Source: Chthonomonadales bacterium
GTDB lineage: Bacteria > Armatimonadota > Chthonomonadetes > Chthonomonadales > CAJBBX01
NCBI GenBank assembly: GCA_037443035.1
Contig: JBBIPC010000004.1
Location: 121,602-185,601 of the forward strand
Direction of reading: 5' to 3'
Length of the DNA stretch: 64,000 nt
Part shown: in pieces, positions 48,147 through 58,371 of the stretch
How the letters are laid out: each line of letters begins with the position of its first letter
Numbering within the stretch: position 1 is the first letter of the stretch
Notes under the pieces: generated by a model
The model's database searches: none
Told to the model about the DNA's origin: nothing
What the model saw: the letters and a program-made list of their open reading frames with translations, nothing else
Translations under genes and position numbers: made by a program

Positions 48147-49484
48147 TCAGACACTCGAAGTATCCACGGAAACTCTTCTCGCGAGGCGCGCCAGACACTC
48201 GTGCGCGCAACGGGCAGCAGCACCGCGGTTGGTCTGCACAAGAGCTAGAGCACGCCCACGCACGTTCATCCGCTCGTCCTCGCTGCGAATCAGGGTCACT
48301 AGCGTGGCGGCCAGTTCTTGGACCGACGACACAGCCCACGCCACGCCCGCCGCGCTTGCCTCAGCCACGACGTCGCGGAAATTGCTCATGTAAGGCCCAT
48401 GCAGTACAGGCTTCCCCTGGGCCAGCGGTTGCAGAATGTTCTGGCCTCCGCCTGGTGGAACGAGACTATTACCAACGAAGGCAACATCTGCCATAGCATA
48501 CACTCGAGCCAGCTCCCCGAAAGTGTCCAGCACGATCGCCTCGCATGTCCCGTCGAGCTCTGCAAGCTGTGTCCGTCGCACCACCGCGAACCCAGCGTCC
48601 CGAACCCCGGCCACCACAGCCTCCGCCCTATCGACGTGCCTCGGTGCCAAGATCAACACCAGATCGTTCAGGGTCTGCTTCGCCAGACGGTAAGCGGCGA
48701 GGACCATCCGCTCTTCCTCGGCTGTACGAGTGCTGCCGACGACCCATACTCGACTCCCGGTCGGAATGTGGAACTCCGCCTTCATGGCAGCGATAGCTTC
48801 ATCGCAGAGTGGGTCTTCAGCCTGGTCGAACTTCACGTTGCCCGCAACCATCACGTTCTCTGTGGGCGCCCCGAGCGAAATGAAGCGGTCGGCGTCGTGC
48901 TGAGACTGTGCCAGGATCACGTCGTAGCAGCTCAGAGGACCTCGCAGCAACCATCGTATGCGTCGGTAGCGCGGATAGCTACGATCAGAGATGCGCGCAT
49001 TGATAAGGACCGACGGCACGTCGCGCGTGTGCAACGCATGGAGGAGATTGGGCCAGATCTCCGTTTCCACTCCAATGAATAGATCCGGCGCGATGTGGCG
49101 TACCGCTCTCTTCGTCAGCGGCATTAGATCGAAGGGAAGGTACCCCACAGCGGCCAGCAGCTTATCCACCATGCCTTGTGCGATCTCATGGCCGCCTGGA
49201 GTTATCGTGGTCATGACGATCTCGAGGTCGGGATCGCGCGCCTTGATTTCCTTCAAGACGGGTGCAGCGGCCATCACCTCGCCTACCGAGGCAGCGTGGC
49301 ACCAGACACGCGTGGCAGTGTGCTTGCGCATGGCTTCAGGGAGTCGCCCCCAACGCTCGCCCCAGCCATCTCGCGACTTTCCTTTCGCCAAACGCCACGC
49401 AAGATACCCGGCCAGGAGAGGCGATCCTGCGACGAGTGCTGCGTTGTAAACCACGAACGAAGCTCGCAGCCGCCGGTCGCTCAT
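48147..49484 (-). CDS. waaA: KDO transferase
   Basis: W.HAASVGE, ETEIWPN, NARISDRS, GNVKFD, APRH, DTFGEL, GGQN.L.P; ATGA overlap with the DUF374 gene. Confidence 0.94.
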   Translation of the reverse strand: MSDRRLRASFVVYNAALVAGSPLLAGYLAWRLAKGKSRDGWGERWGRLPEAMRKHTATRVWCHAASVGEVMAAAPVLKEIKARDPDLEIVMTTITPGGHEIAQGMVDKLLAAVGYLPFDLMPLTKRAVRHIAPDLFIGVETEIWPNLLHALHTRDVPSVLINARISDRSYPRYRRIRWLLRGPLSCYDVILAQSQHDADRFISLGAPTENVMVAGNVKFDQAEDPLCDEAIAAMKAEFHIPTGSRVWVVGSTRTAEEERMVLAAYRLAKQTLNDLVLILAPRHVDRAEAVVAGVRDAGFAVVRRTQLAELDGTCEAIVLDTFGELARVYAMADVAFVGNSLVPPGGGQNILQPLAQGKPVLHGPYMSNFRDVVAEASAAGVAWAVSSVQELAATLVTLIRSEDERMNVRGRALALVQTNRGAAARCAHECLARLARRVSVDTSSV

Positions 49485-50179
49485 ACCGGCCAATCCTCAG
49501 GATACGGGTACCCAGCCAGTTCCTCGGCGCGACGTTCCACACGGTTCATCGCCCGCTCCAACTGCTCCGCCAGAGCTTGCCTCTTCTCCTCGTCGGCGTC
49601 TTCGGGGACCTCGAGGGGTTCCCCCACCACCCACCAAACACGGGAGAATGGGAGTGGCACCATGTACCGATCCCATGAGTTCACGAGAATGCGAGGGCGT
49701 GCGCTGATCCCGACCGGCACCACGGGAGCACCGGACTTCTGGCCGAGCATGATTGTGCCGAGCTGCACCTTGTGAGTTGGCCCGCGAGGTCCGTCCGGTG
49801 TGAACGCTAGGACGCCACCCTGGCGCAGAATCCGGGCCAATTGCAGCGCTGCCTTGATGCCACCGCGGCCTGTAGAGCCACGTACGGTATTGAACCCAAA
49901 GCGTCGGAAGATGCAATTCTGCAGTTCTCCGTCCCGGGAGAGTGAGATGAGAGCCCAGTATCCAAGGTGGCGAAGAACGTTGGCTGGGATGAGCGTCCTA
50001 CCGTGCCAGGTCACAAGGATCGCCCCTCTGCCCGAACTGACGACACCGTCCATGACCTCACGGTTCTCGAAGCGAATGCGAGCGGTCGCTCCGACGAACC
50101 TGGCGATACCCCATACGAGAGCCGCCAGTATGCGGGTGGACAGCGGTGGACGCTGCCGCGTCGTGGGCACGTCGGCCAT
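49481..50179 (-). CDS. DUF374 lysophospholipid-acyltransferase-family protein (LpxJ-like)
   Basis: WHG, S.SRDGE, VRGS..RGG, TPDGPRGP, SWD...P.PFS. Confidence 0.88.
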   Translation of the reverse strand: MADVPTTRQRPPLSTRILAALVWGIARFVGATARIRFENREVMDGVVSSGRGAILVTWHGRTLIPANVLRHLGYWALISLSRDGELQNCIFRRFGFNTVRGSTGRGGIKAALQLARILRQGGVLAFTPDGPRGPTHKVQLGTIMLGQKSGAPVVPVGISARPRILVNSWDRYMVPLPFSRVWWVVGEPLEVPEDADEEKRQALAEQLERAMNRVERRAEELAGYPYPEDWPV

Positions 50180-50182
50180 ACG

Positions 50183-51985
50183 TTAACTCGCCTGGGCAGA
50201 ACGGAACTGTCGGGCGTAAAGGTGCGCGTAGAGCCCCTTCTCAGCCAGCAGCTCGGCATGCGTGCCGCTCTCTACGATCTGACCGCCATCGAGCACCAAG
50301 ATACGGTCTGCATTGAGGATCGTCGAAAGTCGGTGGGCGATCACGATCGTCGTTCGCCCCTTCATGAGCTGTTCCAGTGCCTCCTGCACGAGGGCCTCCG
50401 ACGAGGCATCTAGCGATGAAGTCGCCTCATCCAGGATGAGCAGACGCGGATCCATGAGAATGGCTCTGGCGATAGCAATTCTCTGCCGTTCCCCGCCGGA
50501 TAGCCGTACGCCTCGTTCGCCCACGAGCGTATTGAACCCATCCGGCATACCAGCAATGAAGTACGCGTTCGCCGCATACGCTGCGCGCTCTACCTCTTCG
50601 TCGGTTGCGTCACGACGTCCGTAGGCAATGTTATCCCGCAATGTACCTGCGAAGAGCCACGTGTCCTGCGGAACGATGCCAATCTGGCGGCGCAGCGTCT
50701 CCAGCTTTACGTCGCGCACGTCTATGCCATCGATGAGCACGCGCCCGTCTGTGACATCGTAGAACCGAGGGATGAGATCCACGAGTGTGCTCTTGCCGGC
50801 TCCGCTATGGCCAACAAGAGCCACCACTTCTCCAGGCCGCACTTCCAGACTGATATCCTGCAGGACAAAAGGCCCATCGTTGTAGCGGAAGTACACGTTC
50901 TCGAAGACGACGTGCCCTTTCAGCCGAGGCATTGCGATGGCATTGGGCTTCTCCTGCACCTCGCTACGTTGGTCGAGGACCTCCGAGAAGATCCGGCTGG
51001 CCGCTGCGAGAGCTTGCTGACGCATGGTGTTGATACCGCCTAAGTCGCCCACAGATCGCGCAAGCGTCTGGAGGACCACGACAAACATGCCAAGGCCGCC
51101 AAGCGTCATATTGCTCTCTCGGGGTAGGCCCAGGCTCTCCAGCCTTGCGTTCCGGACCACCTCGTTCCCTGCAAGGAAGATGACGAGGGCGATGCCAAAC
51201 GCCCCGAGGAACTCCACGATGGGTCGCAGTCTCGCACTTTGCTTGACACCCTTCATGACCGCATCCAGAGTGCGCTCGTTCTCTTCCGTGAACCGCTGTA
51301 TCTCGTGATTCTCGGTGGCGAAGGACTTGATAATCCTGACGCCCGCCAGGGTCTCCTCGGCGATGGTGCTGATGTCGGCGAGTTTGATCTGCACAAGATC
51401 GGATATCCTGCGAATCTTCTTGCCTATCCGCGAGATCGTGTACCCCATGATGGGTACGACGACTACGGCTATCAGCGTGAGGCGCCAGCTTGTGTGGAAA
51501 AGTATCGCCATACAGGCAACGATGGACAATGGCGCTGCCACGACGTCGCGGATGGAGATGGTCGCGTTCTGGATGACCGGCAGATCGCTGGTCAGGGTGG
51601 CCATGATCGCCCCGGTCCTTCGCTGATCGAAGAAAGATAGGGATAACCCGTGCAAGTGAGCGAAGATCTCTTCTCGCAGCTTGGTTGTCACCCGCTGGGC
51701 AGCAAGGGACAGGAAGTACGTCTGCCCGTAGGCAAGGACGCCCTTGATCAGGAAGACCAACACCACCACCATACACACGAAGTTGAGGCGTCCCACCTGG
51801 TCGCCTGTCATGGCATCGATGGTCATCTTGATGCCGATGTTGAGTGCGGCGGTTATCGCAGCCACACCTGCGGAGCAGAGCAGACCGGCAACGATTGTTT
51901 TTCGGTGCGGCATGAGGTACGCAAGCAGTCGCCGCTCAACGTTGGCGGCATCTGCCTTCACGTTCGGGACTCGTTCTTGTTCCAT
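50183..51985 (-). CDS. msbA: Lipid A flippase ABC transporter
   Basis: TM domain plus NBD: GHSGAGKST, LSGGERQR, LDEATS; located within the lpx cluster. Confidence 0.88.
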   Translation of the reverse strand: MEQERVPNVKADAANVERRLLAYLMPHRKTIVAGLLCSAGVAAITAALNIGIKMTIDAMTGDQVGRLNFVCMVVVLVFLIKGVLAYGQTYFLSLAAQRVTTKLREEIFAHLHGLSLSFFDQRRTGAIMATLTSDLPVIQNATISIRDVVAAPLSIVACMAILFHTSWRLTLIAVVVVPIMGYTISRIGKKIRRISDLVQIKLADISTIAEETLAGVRIIKSFATENHEIQRFTEENERTLDAVMKGVKQSARLRPIVEFLGAFGIALVIFLAGNEVVRNARLESLGLPRESNMTLGGLGMFVVVLQTLARSVGDLGGINTMRQQALAAASRIFSEVLDQRSEVQEKPNAIAMPRLKGHVVFENVYFRYNDGPFVLQDISLEVRPGEVVALVGHSGAGKSTLVDLIPRFYDVTDGRVLIDGIDVRDVKLETLRRQIGIVPQDTWLFAGTLRDNIAYGRRDATDEEVERAAYAANAYFIAGMPDGFNTLVGERGVRLSGGERQRIAIARAILMDPRLLILDEATSSLDASSEALVQEALEQLMKGRTTIVIAHRLSTILNADRILVLDGGQIVESGTHAELLAEKGLYAHLYARQFRSAQAS

Positions 51986-52003
51986 TTGCTTACGTTATAC
52001 CTG

Positions 52004-53236
52004 TCACACCGCTTGCGCCGTCTCAGTAATCAGAGACAGTGCCAGTTCGGCGGTGCGTTCGGTCGCGCCTGGGCTACCCAGGGAATCTCGGACACCAGCG
52101 AGATCACGTAGCATGGACTCGCGCCGTCGAGCGTCCGAGAGGATCTCGAGAAGCGCAGTCGAGAGATTCTCAGGTGACGCTTCAGCGGCGACAAGCTCGG
52201 GAACAATGGTCCTGCCGGCGATAATGTTGGGCAGGCCAATCCACTGCAACCGCCCGATCCGCCTCAGAACGTACTCGACGTACATCAGGCCAGATCCCCG
52301 ATAAAGAATCACCATGGGCATCTGCAGGATGGCTGCCTCGAGCGTAGCGGTTCCTGAGCACACGAGACCAGCAGTAGCACTGGCGAGCACGGCGTGTGTC
52401 ATGTCCTGTACAACGCGCACCACGGGACGTCCCATTCCGTCTCTATGCCTGAGCAGTTTCCGCATCCGCTGCTCGACAAGCGCCACCGGGCTACCCGAAC
52501 TCAGCGCCACGACGAACCGGCAGGAAGGACGTTTCTGATGAACTACAAGTGCCGCTTCCGCCATGGCAGGAGTGTTGTGGACAAGCTCGGCTGTGCGGCT
52601 TCCAGGAAGCAGTGCGATGAGCTCGTCGTTGGGGTCGAAGCCGAGGGAGGCAAGAACGTCCTCCCGAGGAGGCTGGGAGCCTATCAGATCGAGCAGGGGA
52701 TGGCCAACGAACAGAGACCGAGCGCCGGCAGTCCGTAGGCGCTCGTCCGACCATGGGAACTGCGTTGCGACTGCGTCCGTTATGCTGGCGAGATTCGTGG
52801 GAAGCGGGCCCTCCTTTCGCCACGATCCGGGTGGCAGATAGTACAGCACGCGCACGCCCTGCCGCTTGCACCACCGACACACTGCAACGTTGAACGCACC
52901 GAAGTCTATGGGGATGACAAGGGATGGTTGCCGACGGCGTATCTCCCGCAGTAGCATCGGGTAGACCTGGAAGCGTAGCCCTGGTGCGACCTTCAGGGAC
53001 TCCACGATACCGATGGCGGCCCAGCCACGGCAATCGGCCAATATCTCCACGGAAGCGGACCGCATCCGTACTCCTCCGAGTCCCCAGAGACGAAGTCGAG
53101 GGGCTCGCTTCAGAAGAGCCTGGGCCAGCAGTGCTCCGTAGGCGTCGCCAGAAGCTTCACCGGCCAAGATCGCCAGATTGGCGGCCTGATGAACAATAAC
53201 CCCCGGGCCGTCAGTCGCGCCGCTTCTCGTTTCCAC
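52004..53236 (-). CDS. lpxB: Lipid A disaccharide synthase
   Basis: AGEASGD, ID..AFN, VGHPL, LLPGSR..E, SGTATLE, LPNI. Start uncertain (GTG 53236 or 53263). Confidence 0.93.
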   Translation of the reverse strand: METRSGATDGPGVIVHQAANLAILAGEASGDAYGALLAQALLKRAPRLRLWGLGGVRMRSASVEILADCRGWAAIGIVESLKVAPGLRFQVYPMLLREIRRRQPSLVIPIDFGAFNVAVCRWCKRQGVRVLYYLPPGSWRKEGPLPTNLASITDAVATQFPWSDERLRTAGARSLFVGHPLLDLIGSQPPREDVLASLGFDPNDELIALLPGSRTAELVHNTPAMAEAALVVHQKRPSCRFVVALSSGSPVALVEQRMRKLLRHRDGMGRPVVRVVQDMTHAVLASATAGLVCSGTATLEAAILQMPMVILYRGSGLMYVEYVLRRIGRLQWIGLPNIIAGRTIVPELVAAEASPENLSTALLEILSDARRRESMLRDLAGVRDSLGSPGATERTAELALSLITETAQAV

Positions 53237-54017
53237 GACCAGCGTAGCCGCTCTGAGTCCCACGCATGAACTTGATCAGGTACTCCAGCTCTTCCGTCAT
53301 TTCCAGCTCGTCCTCGATGCGAGCAATGGCCTGCGACAGGTTCAGGTCGGAGCGGTACAGTAACTTGTAGGCTTGCCTGAGGGTTGTGCGTGAGGCAGGC
53401 GGTACGCCAGAACGGCGCAGGCCGATGACGTTCAGCTCGATGACCCTGGCCGGCACTCCGTCAGCCAGCATGAAGGGCGGCACATCTTGGTTCACCTTGC
53501 TCACACCACCCAGCATGGCTAGCCGCCCGATTCTGCAGAACTGGTGTACGCCTACCATCCCACCGAACACGGTATTGTCCTCGAGCGTAACGTGGCCCGA
53601 GAGGCCGACATAGCTGGCGATCGTATTGTTATCGCCGAGTTCGCAGTTGTGGCCGACGTGGGAATACGCCATGAACATATTGTCGTTGCCGATGACAGTT
53701 GCGGCCCCTTCGCCAACCGCCCGATGCAGCGTCACACATTCCCGAATGGTGTTATTGTCGCCAACGATGAGGAGGCTCTTTTCACCACGGAACTTGTGGT
53801 CCTGGGGAATACCTCCCAGCACGGCGCCGGGGTAGACAACGCACCGGCGGCCCAGCCGAGTTCCAGGCATGAGGCAGACGTGGGAGATCAACTCCGTCCC
53901 CTCTCCAACGTGAACATCATTATGGATGACGCAGTAAGGGCCGACCACTACGGTGTCAGCGAGATAGGCTCCAGGATCGACAACCGCTGTCGGATGAATG
54001 CGTGGTGGCATCCTCAC
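53211..54017 (-). CDS. lpxA: UDP-N-acetylglucosamine O-acyltransferase
   Basis: IHPTA hexapeptide repeats, PQD.K, IRE.VT.HR, H.GH.C, VHQF, N..GLRR. Confidence 0.95.
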   Translation of the reverse strand: MRMPPRIHPTAVVDPGAYLADTVVVGPYCVIHNDVHVGEGTELISHVCLMPGTRLGRRCVVYPGAVLGGIPQDHKFRGEKSLLIVGDNNTIRECVTLHRAVGEGAATVIGNDNMFMAYSHVGHNCELGDNNTIASYVGLSGHVTLEDNTVFGGMVGVHQFCRIGRLAMLGGVSKVNQDVPPFMLADGVPARVIELNVIGLRRSGVPPASRTTLRQAYKLLYRSDLNLSQAIARIEDELEMTEELEYLIKFMRGTQSGYAGRGNEKRRD

Positions 54018-54487
54018 TTGCCTCCATTTGCGTTTGCCAGGATTTCGGCGTTCGGCGTCCGCGGCGGAATCAGCTTGAAGTGCATCTCAGCCTCTGCGAC
54101 GATGTCGCCCTCCACTCGCCCCACGAGGGTCACCTTCCCCACCATATTCCGGAAGTAGACGAGATTCACTTCCGTGATAAGCGCATCACCTGGCACGACG
54201 GGTCGCTTGAAGCGCACATTGTCCACCCTCGCGATGACTGGGATCATATTGCGGAACTCTGGAACCGACAGCATCAGAACGCCCCCGACCTGCGCCATCG
54301 CCTCGATGATCAGCACCCCGGGCATGATCGCTTGGGCAGGGAAATGGCCATTGAAATAGTCTTCATTGATCGTGACGTTCTTCAGACCGACGGCACGTTT
54401 GCCCGGTTCGATCTCCAGGATACGGTCCACCAACAGCATGGGGAAGCGATGGGGTAGACACGACCTGATGTCTTCAACGTCCAGCAT
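54014..54487 (-). CDS. fabZ: 3-hydroxyacyl-ACP dehydratase
   Basis: LPHRFPMLLVD, KNVTINE.YF.GHFP, MPGVL..EAMAQ. Confidence 0.96.
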   Translation of the reverse strand: MLDVEDIRSCLPHRFPMLLVDRILEIEPGKRAVGLKNVTINEDYFNGHFPAQAIMPGVLIIEAMAQVGGVLMLSVPEFRNMIPVIARVDNVRFKRPVVPGDALITEVNLVYFRNMVGKVTLVGRVEGDIVAEAEMHFKLIPPRTPNAEILANANGGK

Positions 54488-54502
54488 TACTCTCTCCTTG
54501 TG

Positions 54503-55399
54503 TTATCGAATGCTCCCGTGCGAGCAAGCGCTTGGAACTACGTCTGCGGCACTGTACAACCCGCGCACGAGACAGTGATTGAGTTTGTGCCCCGGTTGCA
54601 CGGCAGTGATGTGTCCGAGAAAGCGGCGCCCGATGACAAATAAGTCGCCGATGAGGTCCAGCACCTTGTGGCGAAGACATTCATCTGGGAACCGCAGGGC
54701 GCAAGAGTACCGGTCCTCGTAAATGACCACGGCGTTCTCCAAGCTGCCGCCCAACGCCAGCCCGCGCTGAAGTAGCTCCTGGACCTCCATCGCGAATCCA
54801 TAGGTTCGCGCCGGCGCTAGCTCCGTCTCGAATGTCGCTGGTGTCACGGCATAGGCTCCGGCCTGCGTCCCCAGCAACGGATGCTCATAGTGCAGGACAC
54901 AAGTGATGCTTGTCGAGTGTGCAGGCTCGGCCACCAGACAGCTCGAGCCTGCGACGACTGCGTAGGGTACCACAGGTGACACTGCTACGGCTTCGGCTGG
55001 CTGGTCCACTACGCCTGCAGTTAGTATGGCCTCGACCCACGGTCGTGCGCTGCCATCGAGAGCTGGGATCTCCGGTCCGTCCACGTGCACGCTTGCGTTG
55101 TCTACGCCGAGACCGTGGAGAGCCGCGAGAAGGTGTTCTACGGTCATGATCTGGGCGCCGTCGGCTCCAACTGTCGTCGCCCGCTCGGTGGATAGCACCG
55201 CTGCGGGGCTAAGAGGCAACCGCGTTCCCGCTACTACGAACTCGATTCCCCGATCAGCCTCCGCCGGTTCGATGGTGACCGTGCTAGTGGCACCGGTATG
55301 GAGTCCAGTACCCGTGAGGGTTACCGAAGTGCGAAGTGTTCGCTGCGGTTCACCAGTTGGTAACTCTGCAAGCCGCCTGGCCTGCAATGCTGCACTCAC
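54503..55399 (-). CDS. lpxC: UDP-3-O-acyl-GlcNAc deacetylase
   Basis: [41 protein letters not shown]. Confidence 0.95.
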   Translation of the reverse strand: MSAALQARRLAELPTGEPQRTLRTSVTLTGTGLHTGATSTVTIEPAEADRGIEFVVAGTRLPLSPAAVLSTERATTVGADGAQIMTVEHLLAALHGLGVDNASVHVDGPEIPALDGSARPWVEAILTAGVVDQPAEAVAVSPVVPYAVVAGSSCLVAEPAHSTSITCVLHYEHPLLGTQAGAYAVTPATFETELAPARTYGFAMEVQELLQRGLALGGSLENAVVIYEDRYSCALRFPDECLRHKVLDLIGDLFVIGRRFLGHITAVQPGHKLNHCLVRGLYSAADVVPSACSHGSIR

Positions 55400-56559
55400 C
55401 CGTCTTCTCGTGGCGATGGGTCTGGCCCGTGGCCCGTACGCAGCGACCTTTGCAGAGCTTCCTCGAGAGATGCGATTCGGGCCGCGAGTGCGGCATTCTC
55501 TTCTTCGAGCCTTCGTATGGCGCGAAGAGTCTCGGGTCCCCTGACGGCGGCGGCTTTCTGGCGAAGGCGTTCCCGATGGGGTTGTGCTGGGTTACCGGAA
55601 AACACGGCGCCGGCAGGTACGTCGCTCCATACGCCCGCCTGTCCGAGGAGCGCAGCCCTTTCGCCAACGACGACGTGGTCCCTAAGCCCGACCTGGCCGG
55701 CGATCGTTACCCCGTCGCCGATGACGGCGCTCCCCGCAATGCCGGTCTGTGCCGCAATCACAACATCCGCTCCAATCCGGACGTTGTGAGCAACTTGCAC
55801 AAGGTTGTCAATCTTGGTACGCGGTCCGATGATGGTCGAACCCGTCTTGGCTCTGTCGATCGTGGTGTTCGCACCAATCTCAGCATCGGAGTGGATGACG
55901 ACGTTGCCGATATGAGGAACCTTGTGAAGCCCGCTGCCAATGCGGACGAAACCGAACCCGTCAGCGCCTATGACCGCGCCCGCGTGAATGATGACGCGAG
56001 CACCGAGAACTGTATGTGCGTACAAGACCACGTTGGGGTGGAGGATGCAGTCCTCGCCGACAATGCAGTCGTCACCGATCACGCAGTTGGCCAGAATGAT
56101 CGCCCGTTCGCCCACGACCGTACGATCACCAATGTGCACATGCGGCCCGATGGACGCAGACGGAGGAACGACTGCCTCCCGACCGATGACCGCAGTGGGA
56201 TGGATACCAAGCGGTGGTGCTAGTCGGGGTGCGAAGAGGTCGAGAATCTGTGCGAACGCGAACCTAGGATTCTCGACCTTGATGAGCGGTTTGTCCGGCA
56301 CGACGGCATCCAGAAACGCCACGACCGCCGATGCTCTCGATCGGGCTGCTTCGGACAGAAAACGAGCGTTCTCAGCGAAGACGATATCCCCTTGCTCTGC
56401 ATCCCTGATGGAGGCTACTCCCCCGATCTCCACGGATCCATCGCCGGTGACCTTGCCCTGCACGGCCTCGGCCAGCTCGTTGACAGTGAGGGATCGGGCC
56501 GAACGTGGGCACCGTTCACCGATGGTAGGATTGTCTAGATCAGCGTTCTCCTCGGTCAT
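55396..56559 (-). CDS. lpxD: UDP-3-O-acyl-glucosamine N-acyltransferase
   Basis: Hexapeptide repeats, [28 protein letters not shown]. Confidence 0.95.
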   Translation of the reverse strand: MTEENADLDNPTIGERCPRSARSLTVNELAEAVQGKVTGDGSVEIGGVASIRDAEQGDIVFAENARFLSEAARSRASAVVAFLDAVVPDKPLIKVENPRFAFAQILDLFAPRLAPPLGIHPTAVIGREAVVPPSASIGPHVHIGDRTVVGERAIILANCVIGDDCIVGEDCILHPNVVLYAHTVLGARVIIHAGAVIGADGFGFVRIGSGLHKVPHIGNVVIHSDAEIGANTTIDRAKTGSTIIGPRTKIDNLVQVAHNVRIGADVVIAAQTGIAGSAVIGDGVTIAGQVGLRDHVVVGERAALLGQAGVWSDVPAGAVFSGNPAQPHRERLRQKAAAVRGPETLRAIRRLEEENAALAARIASLEEALQRSLRTGHGPDPSPREDG

Positions 56560-56580
56560 ATTCGCTCCAACTCGATACCG

Positions 56581-57642
56581 TTATCTTGCCTTCCAGAGAT
56601 CTCCAAGGTACTTCTGGAGATCGGTTGTACGATCGGGCAAGTGCTTCCCGCCATGCAATGCCAATTCCCATCGCTCCTCGCGCGCGTAATAGCGGGCTCG
56701 TCTAAGAGCATCATCGCGCACTGCCGCAGAGAGCCATGGAGCATGCACCTCTCCGTTGGATGGTGTGGCATCGCTGCTGGTTGTAGTGGGGGACGGCGCA
56801 GCAGCCAACGGCGGCATGCGCACACCACGGCGGGCCGGCGAGTATGCAAGCTCTGGCACCTCGGCCACTGCGCGTACCGTGGCCTCTCGGTAGCTACGCA
56901 CCGCCCGCGCGAGCTCGGCTGTCTCGGCCTGGATCGCAGCCTCCCGTTGAGCTATCCTAGCGTTTTCTGCCTCCTCCAGCCGAAGGCGGGCCTGCTGGTA
57001 CTCCTCGCTCCGGATGCGTGCTATGTCCGTGCGCAGCCGTTTCTGCGCCTCCTTCCTTTCCTGCACGGTTACAGCCAGTTGGTGCAGCACCTCGCTCTGT
57101 GGTCCCGCAGCAAGAGAACCGACCTGTGTCTCGAGTCCTATCTGACGCAACTCGAGCGCTCGCATTCGCTGTGACGCCTCCCGAAGCAGCGGCGCCTCGC
57201 GTTCGGCGGCGCGTGCCTCGGCCTCCCGATATGCCGTGGCCCGAGCAGCCTCCATTGCCGCTAAGTCCAGGCCCACTCGTCTTCCCGCGTGCCGTTCGAT
57301 CCGCATGGAGGCTCGCGTCGCCAGCAGCTGTATCCGCTCTTCGTAGGCTGGCGGACCCGTGTACCGCCGCATCCTCTCGACGGCGGCTCCAACATCGAAC
57401 GGGCGAAGTTCCTCCTCAGACAGACCGCGCGCATACCTTGTGGACGGTCTGGCAGGCTCATCGGGCGCAGCGGGGCGCTTGCCCTGGTCCAAGGCACGAA
57501 ATGCCGGGTGCATGGCACTCAGACGGACCCAATCCACAAAGACGACGTGCCGCGTCGTCGGCCGGTTCTGCGCACATCCCGAGGCCATCATGGCAAGGAT
57601 CAGAGCCGCCCGGTTGGCCCGCGGTCTCCGCCGTGCCTTCAT
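56581..57642 (-). CDS. Predicted lipoprotein with Skp/OmpH-like ends and a long coiled coil
   Basis: Basic N-terminus and lipobox MASGC; VVFVDW..L...HP start; long helical region; C-terminal D.T..L. Confidence 0.55.
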   Translation of the reverse strand: MKARRRPRANRAALILAMMASGCAQNRPTTRHVVFVDWVRLSAMHPAFRALDQGKRPAAPDEPARPSTRYARGLSEEELRPFDVGAAVERMRRYTGPPAYEERIQLLATRASMRIERHAGRRVGLDLAAMEAARATAYREAEARAAEREAPLLREASQRMRALELRQIGLETQVGSLAAGPQSEVLHQLAVTVQERKEAQKRLRTDIARIRSEEYQQARLRLEEAENARIAQREAAIQAETAELARAVRSYREATVRAVAEVPELAYSPARRGVRMPPLAAAPSPTTTSSDATPSNGEVHAPWLSAAVRDDALRRARYYAREERWELALHGGKHLPDRTTDLQKYLGDLWKAR

Positions 57643-57653
57643 CGTTGGCAGAC

Positions 57654-58319
57654 CTACTTGGAGTTGAGGTCCTTGATCACCTCGTCTGTCAGGTCGGCAC
57701 CGGCATACAGAGCAACCTGAGCATCGAAAACTATACTGATGCTCTTCTTCTCGGCGACTCGCTTGACGGCCGCCCTGAACGCCTGCGTGAGGCGGTCCTG
57801 GTTAGCCATCCCAAAGTCCCGCAGTGCAGTGTCCTCCTCGTCTCGTATCTGGTCTATGCGCTGTTGCACCCGACTACGCGCCGCCTCGGCGTCCTTGAGC
57901 CGCTGCTTGTCGGCGTCCGTCAGGTCCTTCTCCGGCTTCTGCATCAGGGCGGCGACCTCGCCCGTGAGCCTTATGCCCTTGTCCGAAAGCTCCTTGGCCT
58001 TCGCAGTTTCTTCTGGTGTCCGCGTTGCGGGATCTTTGGCCTCGATGGCATCCAGCTGTTTGAGCTCGTCTTCCGTCAGGTAAGGCATGTTCATCCAGCG
58101 CTGGATTCGGGCATTCGCCTTCGCCTGCCTCGCGCTCAGCTCCGTCTGAGCCACCTGCATCGCCTTGTATTCGCGAGTAACCTTCTGCACGTCTACCGTG
58201 CCGAACGTGGCGCCGGCAGCAGGCTTGGGGCTCTGACCCGTAGCAGCGACTGCCACGACGACGCAGAGCAGAATTGTGGCGAGGATCAAAGCTCGCCACG
58301 AACCGACCGTATTGGTCAT
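57654..58319 (-). CDS. skp: OmpH/Skp periplasmic chaperone
   Basis: Signal peptide, GTVDVQKV, coiled coil, VAEKK...IVFD....YAG.DLT.EVI. ATG 58319 follows GGAGG. Confidence 0.88.
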   Translation of the reverse strand: MTNTVGSWRALILATILLCVVVAVAATGQSPKPAAGATFGTVDVQKVTREYKAMQVAQTELSARQAKANARIQRWMNMPYLTEDELKQLDAIEAKDPATRTPEETAKAKELSDKGIRLTGEVAALMQKPEKDLTDADKQRLKDAEAARSRVQQRIDQIRDEEDTALRDFGMANQDRLTQAFRAAVKRVAEKKSISIVFDAQVALYAGADLTDEVIKDLNSK

Positions 58320-58349
58320 CAATTGGTCCTCCGTAGATTTGGCCGCGAC

Positions 58350-58358
58350 ATTATAGCA
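58350..58358 (-). promoter_or_regulatory. Internal extended -10 promoter upstream of skp and the lpx genes
   Basis: Minus strand TGcTATAAT in the bamA-skp intergenic gap. Confidence 0.55.
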
Positions 58359-58371
58359 CTCGGCTCCCCAC

